NCBI RefSeq assembly: GCF_964188315.1
Contig: NC_135655.1
Coordinates: forward strand, 80,538,001 to 80,602,000
DNA: 64,000 nt
Source of the DNA: Podarcis muralis
Taxonomy: Eukaryota
Direction of reading: 5' to 3'
Each line of letters starts with the position of its first letter. Position 1 is the first letter of the stretch. The notes beneath the pieces are model-generated. The model saw nothing but the letters and a program-made list of their open reading frames with translations, ran no database searches and was not told where the DNA came from. The translations under genes were made by a program, and so were the position numbers. Below are positions 38,421-51,052 of the stretch, in pieces.

Positions 38421-40234
38421 CGCCCTGGGATCTTTGGATGAAGGGATATTAACAACAACAACAATAACAACAAAATTTTATTTTACTCAGATTTTGAGGT
38501 GGATGATGCACACCCTACAACATGTTTGAGCCTTTTAAATATAGGAATTGCTGTGTACATGGACCCTGGTGAAGGATAGACACCTGGTGACTTGGAGGTT
38601 CATTTACCAAGGGCTTTCTATGTCTGCCCCCGCCAGCATGGACCTCTCCCCATTCCATAGATCTCTCTCTTATTAAGCACCTCAGCTTTTTCTCTCTCTC
38701 ATCAGCTGCTAACCCAAGACAACTGGTTCCCTAACACACACACACGATCTTCCTCCCCACCGTGGGCAGAGGTTTCGACAGACACCAATGTGCTTTGGCT
38801 GCTGGCCCAATTCTATTTAGAAAACTTATATCCTTCCCTTCAGTGTACTATTATTCTATGCCCAAGCCAAGAGACAAGCAAATGTAGGTGGTCAGCTGAG
38901 GAGGTGCAGTGCAATGTTTTTCTGCTTGTATTGACAGCCGGTTCCCTGTTGTTTCAAGAGCAAGAAGTTCCTAAGCTGCCCCCCCCCCCCACACTCCCTG
39001 GGAAGTAATGAATTTGTCTGCAACATGGAACAGCTCTTCATTCAAACAGGGACAAAAGGCTCTGCTTAACTAGCTGTGAACTGCAGATAATCTTTTGCAG
39101 TTATAGATTGGGATTAATTCACTGGTTCTGCTATAAACTGCACACCAGCATTGGGTTAGGCTTGGAATTTCTGCTATGCTCATTTCCCATCTGTAATTAC
39201 AATAAATGTTTTAACGAACAAGATGAGAATGGAGAACGTGTGTGGCATCTCTATACCAGTCAGTATGGACAATACTGAGCTAGATGGACCAGTGGCCTGT
39301 TTTGTAGAAGGCAGCTTCCTAGGTTTCATATATTTCTCCTCTCCAAGTAGGAGCCACGTTCTGCGGCAAGAGGATTTGGGTCCCCCAGATGATAATGGCA
39401 GTAGCTAAGGAGGGCCTAGCTATGTGGAAAGTATCACCATCTATTTTCAGCCACTAAGGTGGAATCTACACACATATAAAAAACGCTGTGAAAATGTATT
39501 TCTAGAAAACGTTTTGGAAAATATGTCAAATTTGCTATAGCTCACTGTCACCATCTAGTGTCACATTTATATATTGCACTTTACAACACACTTAAAACAT
39601 TTTATATGCAGCTGTATAGCTGAGTCCTAGGTCACAGATTGATAGTTCTTTTTCAATCCAGGTGGAGGCAGGAGCTTCCTGATCTGGTTCAAGAGAGACA
39701 AATAAAGTTCCTGTCTAGTTTCCTGACTGGTGTGCCCTCTACTCATTCCAATACACCACTTGCTATTTTCTTTACAGTAGTAGAAAAAGCAGCACCAAAT
39801 GCCAGCTTTAGACAACATGTGTGGCTCTTTTCCATGACGGAAAGAAGCTATAGCAGACACTGTCTCCCTGGGCTTTGAAGAGAGAACTTCTGCACCACTC
39901 TCCTCATGGGTTCTTTGAAGGCTAAACTTGGGGTGACGCAGGAGACCTGTGGATATTAATGAATATTACAGGAGAGTCATGAATATTCTCCTGACATTTT
40001 ATATGATTTAGGGTAGATGTTATAGGGTGGAAGAAGGACAGCTTGGAATCTTGGTCTTGAGTTGGACAGGAGTTTTGAAAGGTGATTTCAACACTGGGGA
40101 GAAACAGTTTGGAGGGAGGAGTTGGAGGTAGTTTATGGAGAGACAAGGTGGCAGGGTTATAGTCTGACAGAGCAGGGTCAACATTGCTGTTAGTCTTTGT
40201 TCTATAGAATTAAAGTAACCAATGAGAAAGTACA

Positions 40235-40425
40235 ACCTGAAACTATTCCTAAACTAAGCACCACTTTAGCTAATGGGGCCTCCTGCTGCTGCCGCTCTGC
40301 CGGAGCACTATTTCTGTTCTCATCCTGAAGCAAAGTTCTTGACCTAAAGCACTATTTTTGGGTTAGCGGAGTCCGTAACCTGAAGCAAATGTAACCTGAA
40401 GCGTATGTAACCCGAGGTACCACTG
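40235..40425 (-). mobile_element. Truncated Tigger-like MITE (same family as 54928-55160)
   Basis: Only one terminus is present (gaggtaccactg|ta). The interior is the reverse complement of the copy nested in L1. Confidence 0.75.
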
Positions 40426-41210
40426 TATAATTAAAGTAACCAATGAGAAAGTACATAACTGAAACCATACTGAATTATCATAAAAGCTTTTATTCATTTG
40501 GCTTCAACAAATGGATGTCTCATTCACACATTCACTTGACTGCCTACGCTAGAGGTGGAAAACATTCAAATACTTGGTATCTGGGGTGGCAGCGGAAATT
40601 AAAAAAAGAGTCTGGAAATACCTATCAGAGACCCAGCTCAAGGCAGTACAACTTACGGGGAGGGAGGGAGAGAGAGAAGATGATGCCCAAGGACCATATA
40701 GCTGAAGAATGGGTGGCATGACAAGCGAGTTGGAAAATGGCCCATGAGTGTCCACCTTTCCCAATGCCTAATAGGTCTCTACTGTCCCATGATGGCTTTG
40801 TCTCCCTCTTTCTCAGGTGCTACAAAACTGTGGATGTGGCTATGAGGAAATAGGACAGGAGGAGACAAACCATCCATGGAGGGTGGGCAGGGAAGTATTG
40901 AGAAGTAGAGCACTAGATGGTGCCTAACATACAGCATCACCACAAAGTTATCAGTTTGGTCTCCTGCTGGTTTCTGCTGCCTCTTAAATTAATAAGGATA
41001 CCAGAGAGTGGTTCTTCATTCTCTAATCCAAAGTTATGGCCTGTGGCCCACTAAGATGTTGCTGGAGTACAGACCCCCATCGTCCCTGAGCATTGGCTAT
41101 GCTGGGTGGGGCGGATGAGAATTGGGGTCCAACAAGATATTGAGGGCCACAGATTCCACATCCCTGGTCTTCTGCGTACTTTGTGGGAAGCTGAGCAATG
41201 TCACTGACAT

Positions 41211-42161
41211 TCATTTGGGTGCTATGAATCTTCCAAGGACTTTCTTGAAGGCTGCCTTCACATCTTTGTTGCGCAAGCTGTAAATGAAGGGGTTGACCAG
41301 GGGGTTGACCACGGTGTAGAAAAGAGCATTTGCCTTGTCCGCATTTGGAGTGTGTTGTGAGCTTGGTCGGGAATACATGAGGAGGATGGAGCCATAGTAG
41401 AGGGAGACAGAGAGTAGGTGGGCAGAGCAAGTGGAGAAGGCCTTGCGCCGCCCTGAAGCTGAGCGAATGCGTATGATGGCTGTCACAATGCCTGTGTAGC
41501 AGCCCAGGATGAGGGCGGTGGTTGCCAGCACATTGCAACCAATGACTGCAGCCAATATGAGTTCATAGACCCGGGTATCATCACATGCCATCTTCACGAG
41601 TGGTGGCGCATCACAAAAGTAGTGGTTGATATAGTTGCTCCCACAAAAGCTTAGCCGGAAAGTGTTTCCTGTATGTACAATAGCATTAGCAAAGCCAGCT
41701 ACATAAGACCCAATGACCAACTGGGTGCAGAGCTTCTTAGGCATAGCAGTGGTATAGAGAAGTGGTTTGCAGATGGCCACATAGCGGTCATAGGCCATGG
41801 CAGCTAGCAGGAAACATTCACTGTAGGCCAAGCCAGCTGAGAAGAAGAACTGAGCTGCACAGCCTGCCAGGCTCATGCCGTTGTTCTCAGACACACAGTC
41901 GTACAGGATCCGGGGAGTGTAGACGGAGGAGTACCAGATATCCAGGAAGGAAAGGCTGCCCACAAAGAAATACATGGGCGTGTGCAAGCGGGAATCTAGG
42001 TAGATCAGTGTGATGAGACCCAGGTTTCCAGTCAATGTGAGAGTGTACGAGAGCAGGAACAGAACAAAGAAGAGGATCCTCAGGAGTGGATCTGTTGTGA
42101 AACCCATCAAGATGAAGTTGGTAAGATGCGTGCGGTTGCCTTCAGTTTCCATCATCACCAT
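41211..42161 (-). CDS. Olfactory receptor, OR9G-like, intact (316 aa from the first ATG)
   Basis: Single exon. N-glycosylation site NRT, LHTPMYFF, MAYDRYVAICKPL, HYFCDAPPL, KAFSTCSAHL, NPFIYSLRNKDVK. WYSSVYTP and HTGNTFRLSFCG are OR9G-like. Confidence 0.95.
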   Translation of the reverse strand: MVMMETEGNRTHLTNFILMGFTTDPLLRILFFVLFLLSYTLTLTGNLGLITLIYLDSRLHTPMYFFVGSLSFLDIWYSSVYTPRILYDCVSENNGMSLAGCAAQFFFSAGLAYSECFLLAAMAYDRYVAICKPLLYTTAMPKKLCTQLVIGSYVAGFANAIVHTGNTFRLSFCGSNYINHYFCDAPPLVKMACDDTRVYELILAAVIGCNVLATTALILGCYTGIVTAIIRIRSASGRRKAFSTCSAHLLSVSLYYGSILLMYSRPSSQHTPNADKANALFYTVVNPLVNPFIYSLRNKDVKAAFKKVLGRFIAPK

Positions 42162-43131
42162 GGATCTCACCAGTTGATGTAGGGAAGAGAAAGAGGAATG
42201 CTGTCATTCCCCTCATTGGTATTATATAGAGCACACCTGTGATTTGGAGGGATGGATTTATTAAAACGACATACAAAATGGAAGATGTTATTTCCCCCCT
42301 TGTTTTACAATAGCAAAAGAAGATAGACTTTTCTTTTTCCATCCGGCAATGTGAAACTCAGCGCAAATCAAGCACTACTATCCAGCGAAAGATGGATAGG
42401 CTCTCTCTGCCTCAAATATTATGGGACCAGAAGCTTTGGTGGTGAGATACAGAGAATAGCTGGGGAAAATGAGGTGAACGGAGAGGACATTGTGCTGAGG
42501 CAATGAATCTGAGGAGTCATTTTGAGCCTTTCCAGGCTGACTTTGGTCACCAAACCAAAGTTGCATGACTCAACTTGATAACAGCTGTAGCAGGATATGT
42601 GCAATGCACGTGATGGGCTGGCTGTACATTAGTGTGCTACTTTTGGTGGATCATTTGTCCATTGCTGGACATTTGATGTAGTTGACTATGCTATGCCATG
42701 GTTATTGACAACCATGCTGGTAAAAGCAAGATGCCTTCTCATATGTGGAAGGCAGCACAAACATCTTCTGTTCTGTTCTGTTCCAGGTACACGCATAGAG
42801 AAGGCACTCACCAATGTGTTATGGAGGAAAGTAACATGTGAAGCAATTGCTCACCTTCTACTGAGATTATACGCTAAGGGGAGACATACAATTTGGAACG
42901 CAGACTCCTTGCACTCACCTGATCAATTCTTAAGGCACATTTTGTAGATATGAATCATGAAGATGAATGATGGAGTTGATGTCACAGGGAATCCTGCAAG
43001 TGACAAAAAGGGGAAAATGTATTTGCAGCAATTTGGCCTTGTCTATAGTTATATCAGTATCCCACAGTCTATGATTGGGGTTGGAAGACCCTGGTGGCCT
43101 TCAGATGTTGTTAGACCCAACTCCCATCAGT

Positions 43132-43300
43132 CTAGGGCTGCCATACGTCCTAATTTTCCAGGACATGTCCTGGAATTCGCCTCCGAAAATGGCCTCCTGG
43201 ATTATTTTTCAGAAATAGGGGAAATGTCTTGGAAAACTGGCACTCGGGGTAAAATCGTGCCAAAATTGCCTTAAAAAGCTCCGGAACCCAGTCAAAAAGT
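43132..43300 (+). mobile_element. Truncated hAT-like element inserted into a palindromic MITE
   Basis: Starts tagggctgcca. The halves of the MITE flank it at 43085-43131 and 43300-43380. Confidence 0.5.
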
Positions 43301-44289
43301 CCCAGCTAGTACTGCTCAGTGATGATGGGAATTGTGGTCCAGCAACATCTGGAAGGCCACAGGTTGTCCACCTCTGGTGTATTACATCCCTCATCTTTTT
43401 ACCTTTTAAAATATATACTGCAGGAAACACTGGCGTATTGGCCAAAGTCAGATTAGTAGAATGGAGTTCACCTCCAACTCTGATTAAATAGTATATAACA
43501 GCCTTCCAATCCCTTCTTAATACTGGATATCTCTAAATAACTGAGTGTGGAATATTCCCACCCACCCTCCAGTTGAAAGGTTATATTAGAAAATGTAAAA
43601 CTCTTCAAAAGTGTTTTTCCCGGGAGCTAAATCGAAAAAGTTTACTGTGGTGTAACTGTCCAGAGTATGGTTTATAAAAGAAATGCCACAAGAGGAATTA
43701 CTGCAACTCAGCACCAGAGAGCATACTCAGGCAAGGAATTGACAAAACTATGTGTAAACAAATAATTCTACATGCCTTATCAAGAAACAGTTTAACCGGC
43801 AGCATATGGCTGTGTACACACAATACCGTTAAAGCATATCTGAAACACATTCTCTGCCTGAAAGAATTCTCGCCTCTACAGTCTGTTAAGGGTTGCTGGC
43901 AAGTGTAACTCTGTGAGGGGTAAAATAAAATGCACATAATTCTTTAAGGAAAAGAATGTGCTTTGAATATGCTTTCAAGGTTGAGTGTGTTCACAGCCGT
44001 CAGGGACTGCTTGGTCACAGAGGAATGATAGGAGGCACCAGTTGGGGAACCTCCAAGGGAAGACGACTCAGAGCCCAGGGATCGGTGGTAGGATGACAAT
44101 GAGTGGTCAGAGGGAGAAGAGGGAGAAGACTAGGAAGAGGAGGTGTCAGAAGCTCAAGAGGTAACAGGGTTTAGTGAGAAGGGAGAGTCTGTGGAACAGA
44201 GAAGTCCAGAGTCAAAAGCTGAAGCTGAAGCTGAAGCAGAAGAGGAGGGAGGCCAAGAGGTCCTCTATGGCCTATTCATGATGATTTGC

Positions 44290-44750
44290 TCTCAGGGCAG
44301 TTATACACAATCCTGTTTTCAACGCATTTTGCATCTGCATGGGATGGCCACACTACTCTATTCTGAACTTAAAAATGGAAAGTGTAATGCTGGTGGTCAA
44401 CAAAAGAGGTTTAAAGACCGTCTCAAGGCAAATCTTAAAAAATGTAGTATAAACACCAACAATTGGGAAACTTTTGCCTGCAAGTGCTCCAATTGGAGAA
44501 CAGCCTTTACCAAAGGTGTCATGGGTTTTGAAGGCACTCGAACTCAGGACGCAAGGGAGAAATGTGCTAGGAGGAAGGCACCCTTGGCAAATCTACACTG
44601 TGATCAACTCCCACCCAGAAACCAATGTTCCCACTGTGGAAGGATGTGTGGATCCAGAATTGGCCTCCACAGTCACCTACGGACTCACTGTTAAAACTGT
44701 GTTTATGGAAGACAATCTTACTTGGCTACAAGTGATTGCCAAAGAAGAAG
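44290..44750 (+). mobile_element. RTE-clade LINE 3' end
   Basis: ORF 44143..44694 ends QQKRFKDRLKANLKKC...CSHCGRMCGSRIGLHSHLRTHC (C-terminal C2H2-like motif). Confidence 0.85.
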
Positions 44751-46541
44751 ACTTCACTTCCTGTCAGTTCATATTCCATAAAAATTTCCTGCTGAAATTC
44801 TTTTTATACCACATATGTTCTATTTTATTTCTTCCCCACCTTTGTTGTGCTAAAGCTTCTCTGGACAGCAATAGTGCTGGGGAAGCATTGCAAAACAACT
44901 GATAAAACAAAATAAATCCATTTGCAGTTCTGAGCCATTTAAGAGCTTAGAGGGTTTTTTTTTAGAAAAGCATTTTGATTTAGTTCCAGAAACAAATTAG
45001 CAAACACTGCAGGATTGGTTTGATATGCTCATATCCCCTTGCCCATGTAAGCAACCTGACTGTTGAATTCTGTACCGGCTGAAGTTTTCAATCTTTCTTT
45101 AAAGGCAGCCTTACGTATAATGCATTGCAGCAATCTAACCTAGGGGATACCAGAGCACAGATGACAGAATTTAGGTATCCCTGCCCAGAATTAGTAATTC
45201 ACCTGGCTATATAAAGCCATTAAATAGCTCTTGTATAAAAAGAAACATGTCATTTGAACCCATGAAATCACTTAGTGATTTTACAGCTGCTTCAGGAGCT
45301 AACTGCATTGGATTAAGTTGGAAATTAGGTGGTTTGAATGACAAATCGTGCTTTGTTTTTGCAAGGACAAAAATGTGAATCAAAATAATTTGGTCTTCCA
45401 TGGGGCAGACTGAAATCCTTTTTTGGTTTTCAGTTATTTCTGTAAACTTAAATGCTTTATTATAACCTATAGCCAGAACTCATGAAGGATTATGGTTATG
45501 ATGAAAGTCATATATTTTCAGTTCTTGGAAAAAATTACTCTTGAGAAGAGAAACTGTTTTACTGCTGGTCAGTTGGGCTTCTGATAAGGAAAGAACAGGA
45601 AATGAGTGTGCAGGCAGTGGGGATGGGGGGACAGACCTCTCAGTTTCTCATCTTTCTAATTTTAAGCTCAGTCCTCCACATTTCGATGTTGGTTTGTGAT
45701 TTTAAAAAAACCCTCCTGAAAATTCACCAGCATCTTAGGACAAGTTTTACATACTATATATTTGTATGTAATTTTGCCTCCTATACATTTTTTTTTTTTT
45801 GGCAAAATAATCCTCCCAAGCACACTGCATTCTTATGTTACTTTCACCAGTATACACATTCTTATGCACACTTTGGCATATGCTTTTGTGTATACATTTC
45901 CTGAATGCACATGGGAATGTGGTGCAAGAAAAGTGGTCTGCTGCCCAGCTGGGAAGTTTAAGCTGAGCAAAGAGTAGCATGGAAACCGCCTAGGGGGACA
46001 TCACTAAGGTCTTACCTGTATGAAGCTCAGTGAGTTTTCCTGTTGCCTGCAAAAGGTGGCTTATATTGAAATGTTCCCCGTGCTCCAGCCAAGCTAAAGT
46101 GACCACAGTTCTTCCCCAAGAGTCTCCCCAAGTCAGGATAACTCAATAAGCTCCCTATAGAAACAATTAGAATGTTTGCTTCTTCTTGATGATTTGATAT
46201 GGGAATAAGGACGCAAAACTATTTTCTCTCTCTCCTGCTCACTTGAGAATTTCCACCAAAAGGGAAGAAAACACCACAAACATAACAAACAACTTGGTTT
46301 GTGAGTTCTCCATGTCGGGGTGCCATATTTGAAAAAGTGAAAATCCGGGCACTTTCACAGACGGCCGAATCCTGGCTATGTCTGGGAAATTCTGGACATT
46401 TCTGTCCGGGCGGATTTTTTAAATGTGGCAAAATGTCTGGGGTTTTTTCTTTACAGTAACCCAAGAAAAGTTTTCTAGTGCATTAGACTCAGATCTAAGG
46501 CACCTGGCTAAGCTAGTCTGCAGCAGAGAATTGCAACAGAG

Positions 46542-48583
46542 AACCTGTTCCTCAGTTCCACACAGTGGAAGTGAGGAACAGGTTTAAGGATTTAGATTTG
46601 CTGGACAGAGTGCCTTAAGAACTATGGATGGAGGCTCACAACATTGTACAGGAGGCAGCAACGAAAACCATCCCAATGAAAAGGAAATACAAGAAAGCAA
46701 AGTGGCTATCCAACGAGGCCTTACAAATAGCGGGGGAAAGAAGGGAAGCAAAATGCGAGGGAGATAGTGAAAGATACAGGAAATTGAATGCAGATTTCCA
46801 AAAAAATAGCAAGGAGAGACAAGAAGGCCTTCTTAAACGAGCAATGCAAAGAAATAGAGGAAAACAACAGAATGGGGAGAACCAGAGATCTGTTCAAGAA
46901 AATTGGAGATATGAAAGGAACATTTCGTACAAAGATTACCATAATAAAGGACAAAAGTGGTAAGGACCTAACAGAAGCAGAAGACATCAAGAAGAGGTGG
47001 CAAGAATACACAGAGGAATTATACCAGAAAGATATGGATGTCTCGTACACCCCAGGTAGTGTGGTTGCTGACCTTGAGCCAGACATCCTGGAAAGTGAAG
47101 TCAAATGGGCTTTAGAAAGCATTGCAAATAACAAGGCCAGTGGAAGTGATGATATTCCAGCTGAACTATTTAAATCTTTAAAAGATGATGTTGTTAAGGT
47201 GCTATACTCAATATGCCAGCAAGTTTGGAAAACTCAGCAGTGGCCAGAGGATTGGAGAAGATCAGTCTACATCCCAATCCCAAAGAAGGGCAGTGCCAAA
47301 GAATGCTCCAACTACCGCACAATTGCACTCATTTCACATGCTAGCAAGGTTATGCTTAAAATTCTACAAGGTAGGCTCAATCAGTATGTGGACCGAGAAC
47401 TCCCAGAAATGCAAGCTGGATTTAGAAGAGGCAGAGGAACCAGAAACCAAATTGCAAACATGCGCTGGATTATGGAGAAAGCTAGAGAGTTCCAAAAAGA
47501 CATCTACTTCTGCTTCATTGACTATGCAAAAGCCTTTGACTGTGTCGACCACAGCAAACAATGGCAAGTTCTTAAAGAAATGGGAGTGCCTGATCACCTC
47601 ATCTGCCTCCTGAGAAATCTCTATGTGGGACAAGAAGCTACAGTTAGAACTGGATATGGTACAACTGATTGGTTCAAAACTGGGAAAGGAGTACAACAAG
47701 GCTGTATATTGTCTCCCTGCTTATTTAACTTATATGCAGAATTCATCATGTGAAAAGCTGGGCTGGATGAATCCCTAGCCGGAATTAAGATTGCCGGAAG
47801 AAATATCAACAACCTCAGATATGCAGATGACACAACCTTGATGGCAGAAAGAACCTTTAAATGAGGGTGAAAGAGGAGAGCACAAAATATGGTTTGAAGC
47901 TCAACATCAAAAAAACGGAGATAATGGCCACTGGTCCCATCACCTCCTGGCAAATAGAAGGGGAAGAAATGGAGGCAGTGAGAGATTTTACTTTCTTGGG
48001 CTCCATGATCACTGCAGATGGTGACAGCAGCTGCGAAATTAAAAGACATCTGCTTCTTGGAAGAAAAGCAATAACAAACCTAGACAACATCTTAACAAGC
48101 AGAGAAATCACATTGCCAACAAAGGTCCGTATAGTTAAAGCTATGGTTTTCCCAGTAGTGATGTACGGAAGTGAGAGCTGGACCATAAAGAAGGCTGATC
48201 GCCGAAGAATTGATGCTTTTGAATTATGGTGCTGGAGGAGACTCTTGAGAGTCCCATGGACTGCAAGAAGATCAAACATGTCCATTCTTAAGGAAATCGG
48301 CCCTGAGTGCTCACTGGAAGGACAGATCTTGAAGCTGAGGCTCCAATACTTTGGCCACCTCATGAGAAGAGAAGACTCCCTGGAAAAGACCCTGATGTTG
48401 GGAAAGATGGAGGGCACAAGGAGAAGGGGACGACAGAGGATGAGATGGTTGGACAGTGTTCTCAAAGCTACCAGCATGAGTTTGACCAAACTGCGGGAGG
48501 CAGTGGAAGACAGGAGTGCCTGGCGTGCTCTGGTACATGGTGTCATGAAGAGTCGGACATGACTAAACGACTAAACAACAACA
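46542..48583 (+). mobile_element. RTE-BovB LINE, about 2.0 kb, 5'-truncated and defective
   Basis: Reverse-transcriptase motifs NYRTIAL, QAGFR, IDYAKAFD, QGCILSP, YADD. Premature TGA at 47751-47753, a frameshift near 46800 and a small deletion near 47850. (ACA)n tail. Absent at the paralogous site near 57990. Confidence 0.95.
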
Positions 48584-50101
48584 AGCATCTTAAATTAGCT
48601 ACATACTGTATAAATCCCTTCTCTTGTGACTGAACTAAAAGGATGCTGGCCCAGCTGCAAGATCTTGGAGGAGTCTGGGAGGGCAAGGGTTAACAACACC
48701 CTGCCCATAATGAGAGCCCATATGTACGTGCTAAACAGTTTAATACATTGTTCTTTGCACACTTACGTTCACAAAGATGTGAACATGAGCCAAAATACTT
48801 TCACTTGGCAAACGAGGGAGTAATATGTATTATTATTATTATTATTATTATTTTGTTGTTGAAAGTTAAGAACATTGTAGGTGTATTTAAAATGAGAGTT
48901 GTCATAGTGACCTGTAGTTAAAAGTAGAAGTCAGCAACCATGTCCTCTTTTTTGCTCTCCAAAATATGGCAACCCTCTGAAATATATATTGTTCTTAAGG
49001 GGGCAGCATACACTTAATTCACCATCCACTAAATATGCCACAGGATCTGATGTAAGGACTTCTGTATCATGCACCTTAACTTTGGGCAAATCTGCTGTAC
49101 CTGGTTAAAGTGATGTGATGATTATTCCCTCTTCCCAGGAGACCATGGGAATTGTAGCTCTAGCGCATCAGCATCCCAAACAGAAAATTCCCAGCACCTC
49201 ACCAAATCACACTTGCCAGTTTTATAAAAGTAAAGATGGGTGAGCTTGCCAAATCTGTGCTAGAATAAATTTGAAGTGTGATGGGGGTTAAGAAGCCTTG
49301 TGGGGAATTATCTGAACCAATTCTTTTATTTTTAATTTTTTTACAATTAATTTTTCAAAAGCATACCTTAAATGCAAATACCATGTGAATAGCAGTGTCA
49401 AGCTTGGGAAATTCTTTCCTTCCCCAGTAGCGTTAAGGATCAAGGAAGAAACAAGAAAGTTTGTATGTATGGTTTTATTCAGTCATTGAGTTGCAAGACA
49501 AAGAACCCAATTCTTAACTCCTTAGTGATGTTCCTCACTCTGAGCTGCTCCCCTTCCTTGCCCAGCAACAGTACTTGGCCCTTTGCTCTTGAATTCTAAT
49601 TGAAAGTCGAGTCCATGGGGATGGCGGCGCTTCTATGCTCTCCAAGGACGTCTCTGTTGGCTGTTCTCCCCCTCCTTCTCTTAACACCTCATAATTTGGC
49701 AACTCTGAGTTCTGCTGTAATTCATTCCTGTTCCTCTTCTCTTGAAACTACTGGGGGGGGGGCAAGCAGAGGAGAAGGAGGGAGCGATCTTCAGCCCTCC
49801 TCTTCAGTCCAGCCCCTGACATGTAGGTGGGATGCTTAACCATTTATCCACTGGCCATCTTTTCTAGTGCTTCCCCTTGTCCACTACATTCTTACCTACA
49901 GGAGACTAGTCTCTAATCCAGAGGTGGAGAACCTGTGACTTGCCAAGATTTTGCTAGACTACAACCCCCTTCATCCCTGAGCAGTGGCCATGCTGGTGGG
50001 ACTGACGAGCATTGGAGGCCATCAACATCTGCAGGGCCACCAATTCACCACCCTTGATAAAAATCTGTATTATGTGGGGAGCTGAGCAACGTCACTGACA
50101 T

Positions 50102-51052
50102 TCATTTGGGTGCTATGAATCTTCCAAGGACTTTCTTGAAGGCTGCCTTCACATCTTTGTTGCGCAAGCTGTAAATGAAGGGGTTGACCAGGGGGTTGAG
50201 CACGGTGTAGAAAAGAGCATTTGCCTTGTCCCCATTTGGAGTGTGTTGTGAGCTTGGGCGTGAATACATGAAGAGGATGGAGCCATAGTAGAGGGAGACA
50301 GAGAGTAGGTGGGCGGAGCAAGTGGAGAAGGCCTTGCGCCGCCCTGCAGCTGAGCGGATGCGTATGATGGCTGTCACAATGCCTACATAGCAGACCAGGA
50401 TGAGGGCAGTGCTTGGCAGCACAGTGCAAACAATGACTGTGGCCAAGATGAGTTCATAGATCCGGGTATCCTTACAGGCCATTTTCACGAGTGGCTGCAC
50501 ATCACAAAAGTAGTGGTTGATAATATTGCTCCCACAAAAGCCTAGCTGGAAAGTGTTACCCGCATGCACGATGCCAACAGCGAAGCCAGCTGCAAAAGAC
50601 CCAACAATCAGCTGGGTGCAGAGTTTCTTGGTCATGGCACTGGAATAGCGGAGTGGCTTGCAAATGGCCACATAGCGGTCATAGGCCATGGTAGCTAGCA
50701 GGAAACATTCACTGTGTCCGAAGCTAGCCGAGAAGAAGAACTGAGCTGCACAGCTTGCGTTGGATATGATATTGTCCTCAGATACACAGTCGTATAGGAT
50801 CCGGGGAGTGTAGACGGAGGAGTACCAGACATCCAGGAAGGAAAGGCTGCCCACAAAGAAATACATGGGCGTGTGCAAGCGGGAATCTAGGTAGATCAGT
50901 GTGATGAGACCCAGGTTTCCAGTCAATGTGAGAGTGTACGAGACCAGGAACAGAACAAAGAAGAGGATCCTCAGGAGTGGATCTGTCGTGAAACCCATCA
51001 AGATGAAGTTGGGAAGATGCGTGCGGTTGCCTTCAGTTTCCATCATCACCAT
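50102..51052 (-). CDS. Olfactory receptor, OR9G-like, intact paralogue (316 aa from the first ATG)
   Basis: Same motifs as 41211-42161; uninterrupted ORF. Confidence 0.95.
   Translation of the reverse strand: MVMMETEGNRTHLPNFILMGFTTDPLLRILFFVLFLVSYTLTLTGNLGLITLIYLDSRLHTPMYFFVGSLSFLDVWYSSVYTPRILYDCVSEDNIISNASCAAQFFFSASFGHSECFLLATMAYDRYVAICKPLRYSSAMTKKLCTQLIVGSFAAGFAVGIVHAGNTFQLGFCGSNIINHYFCDVQPLVKMACKDTRIYELILATVIVCTVLPSTALILVCYVGIVTAIIRIRSAAGRRKAFSTCSAHLLSVSLYYGSILFMYSRPSSQHTPNGDKANALFYTVLNPLVNPFIYSLRNKDVKAAFKKVLGRFIAPK

Noticed and set aside
44143-44290. Acidic EAEAEAEEEG N-terminus fused to the RTE ORF, suggesting a chimeric or domesticated gene
   Set aside because: No ATG start (GTG call), no promoter or splice evidence, and the segment looks like a degraded repeat read in frame by chance.
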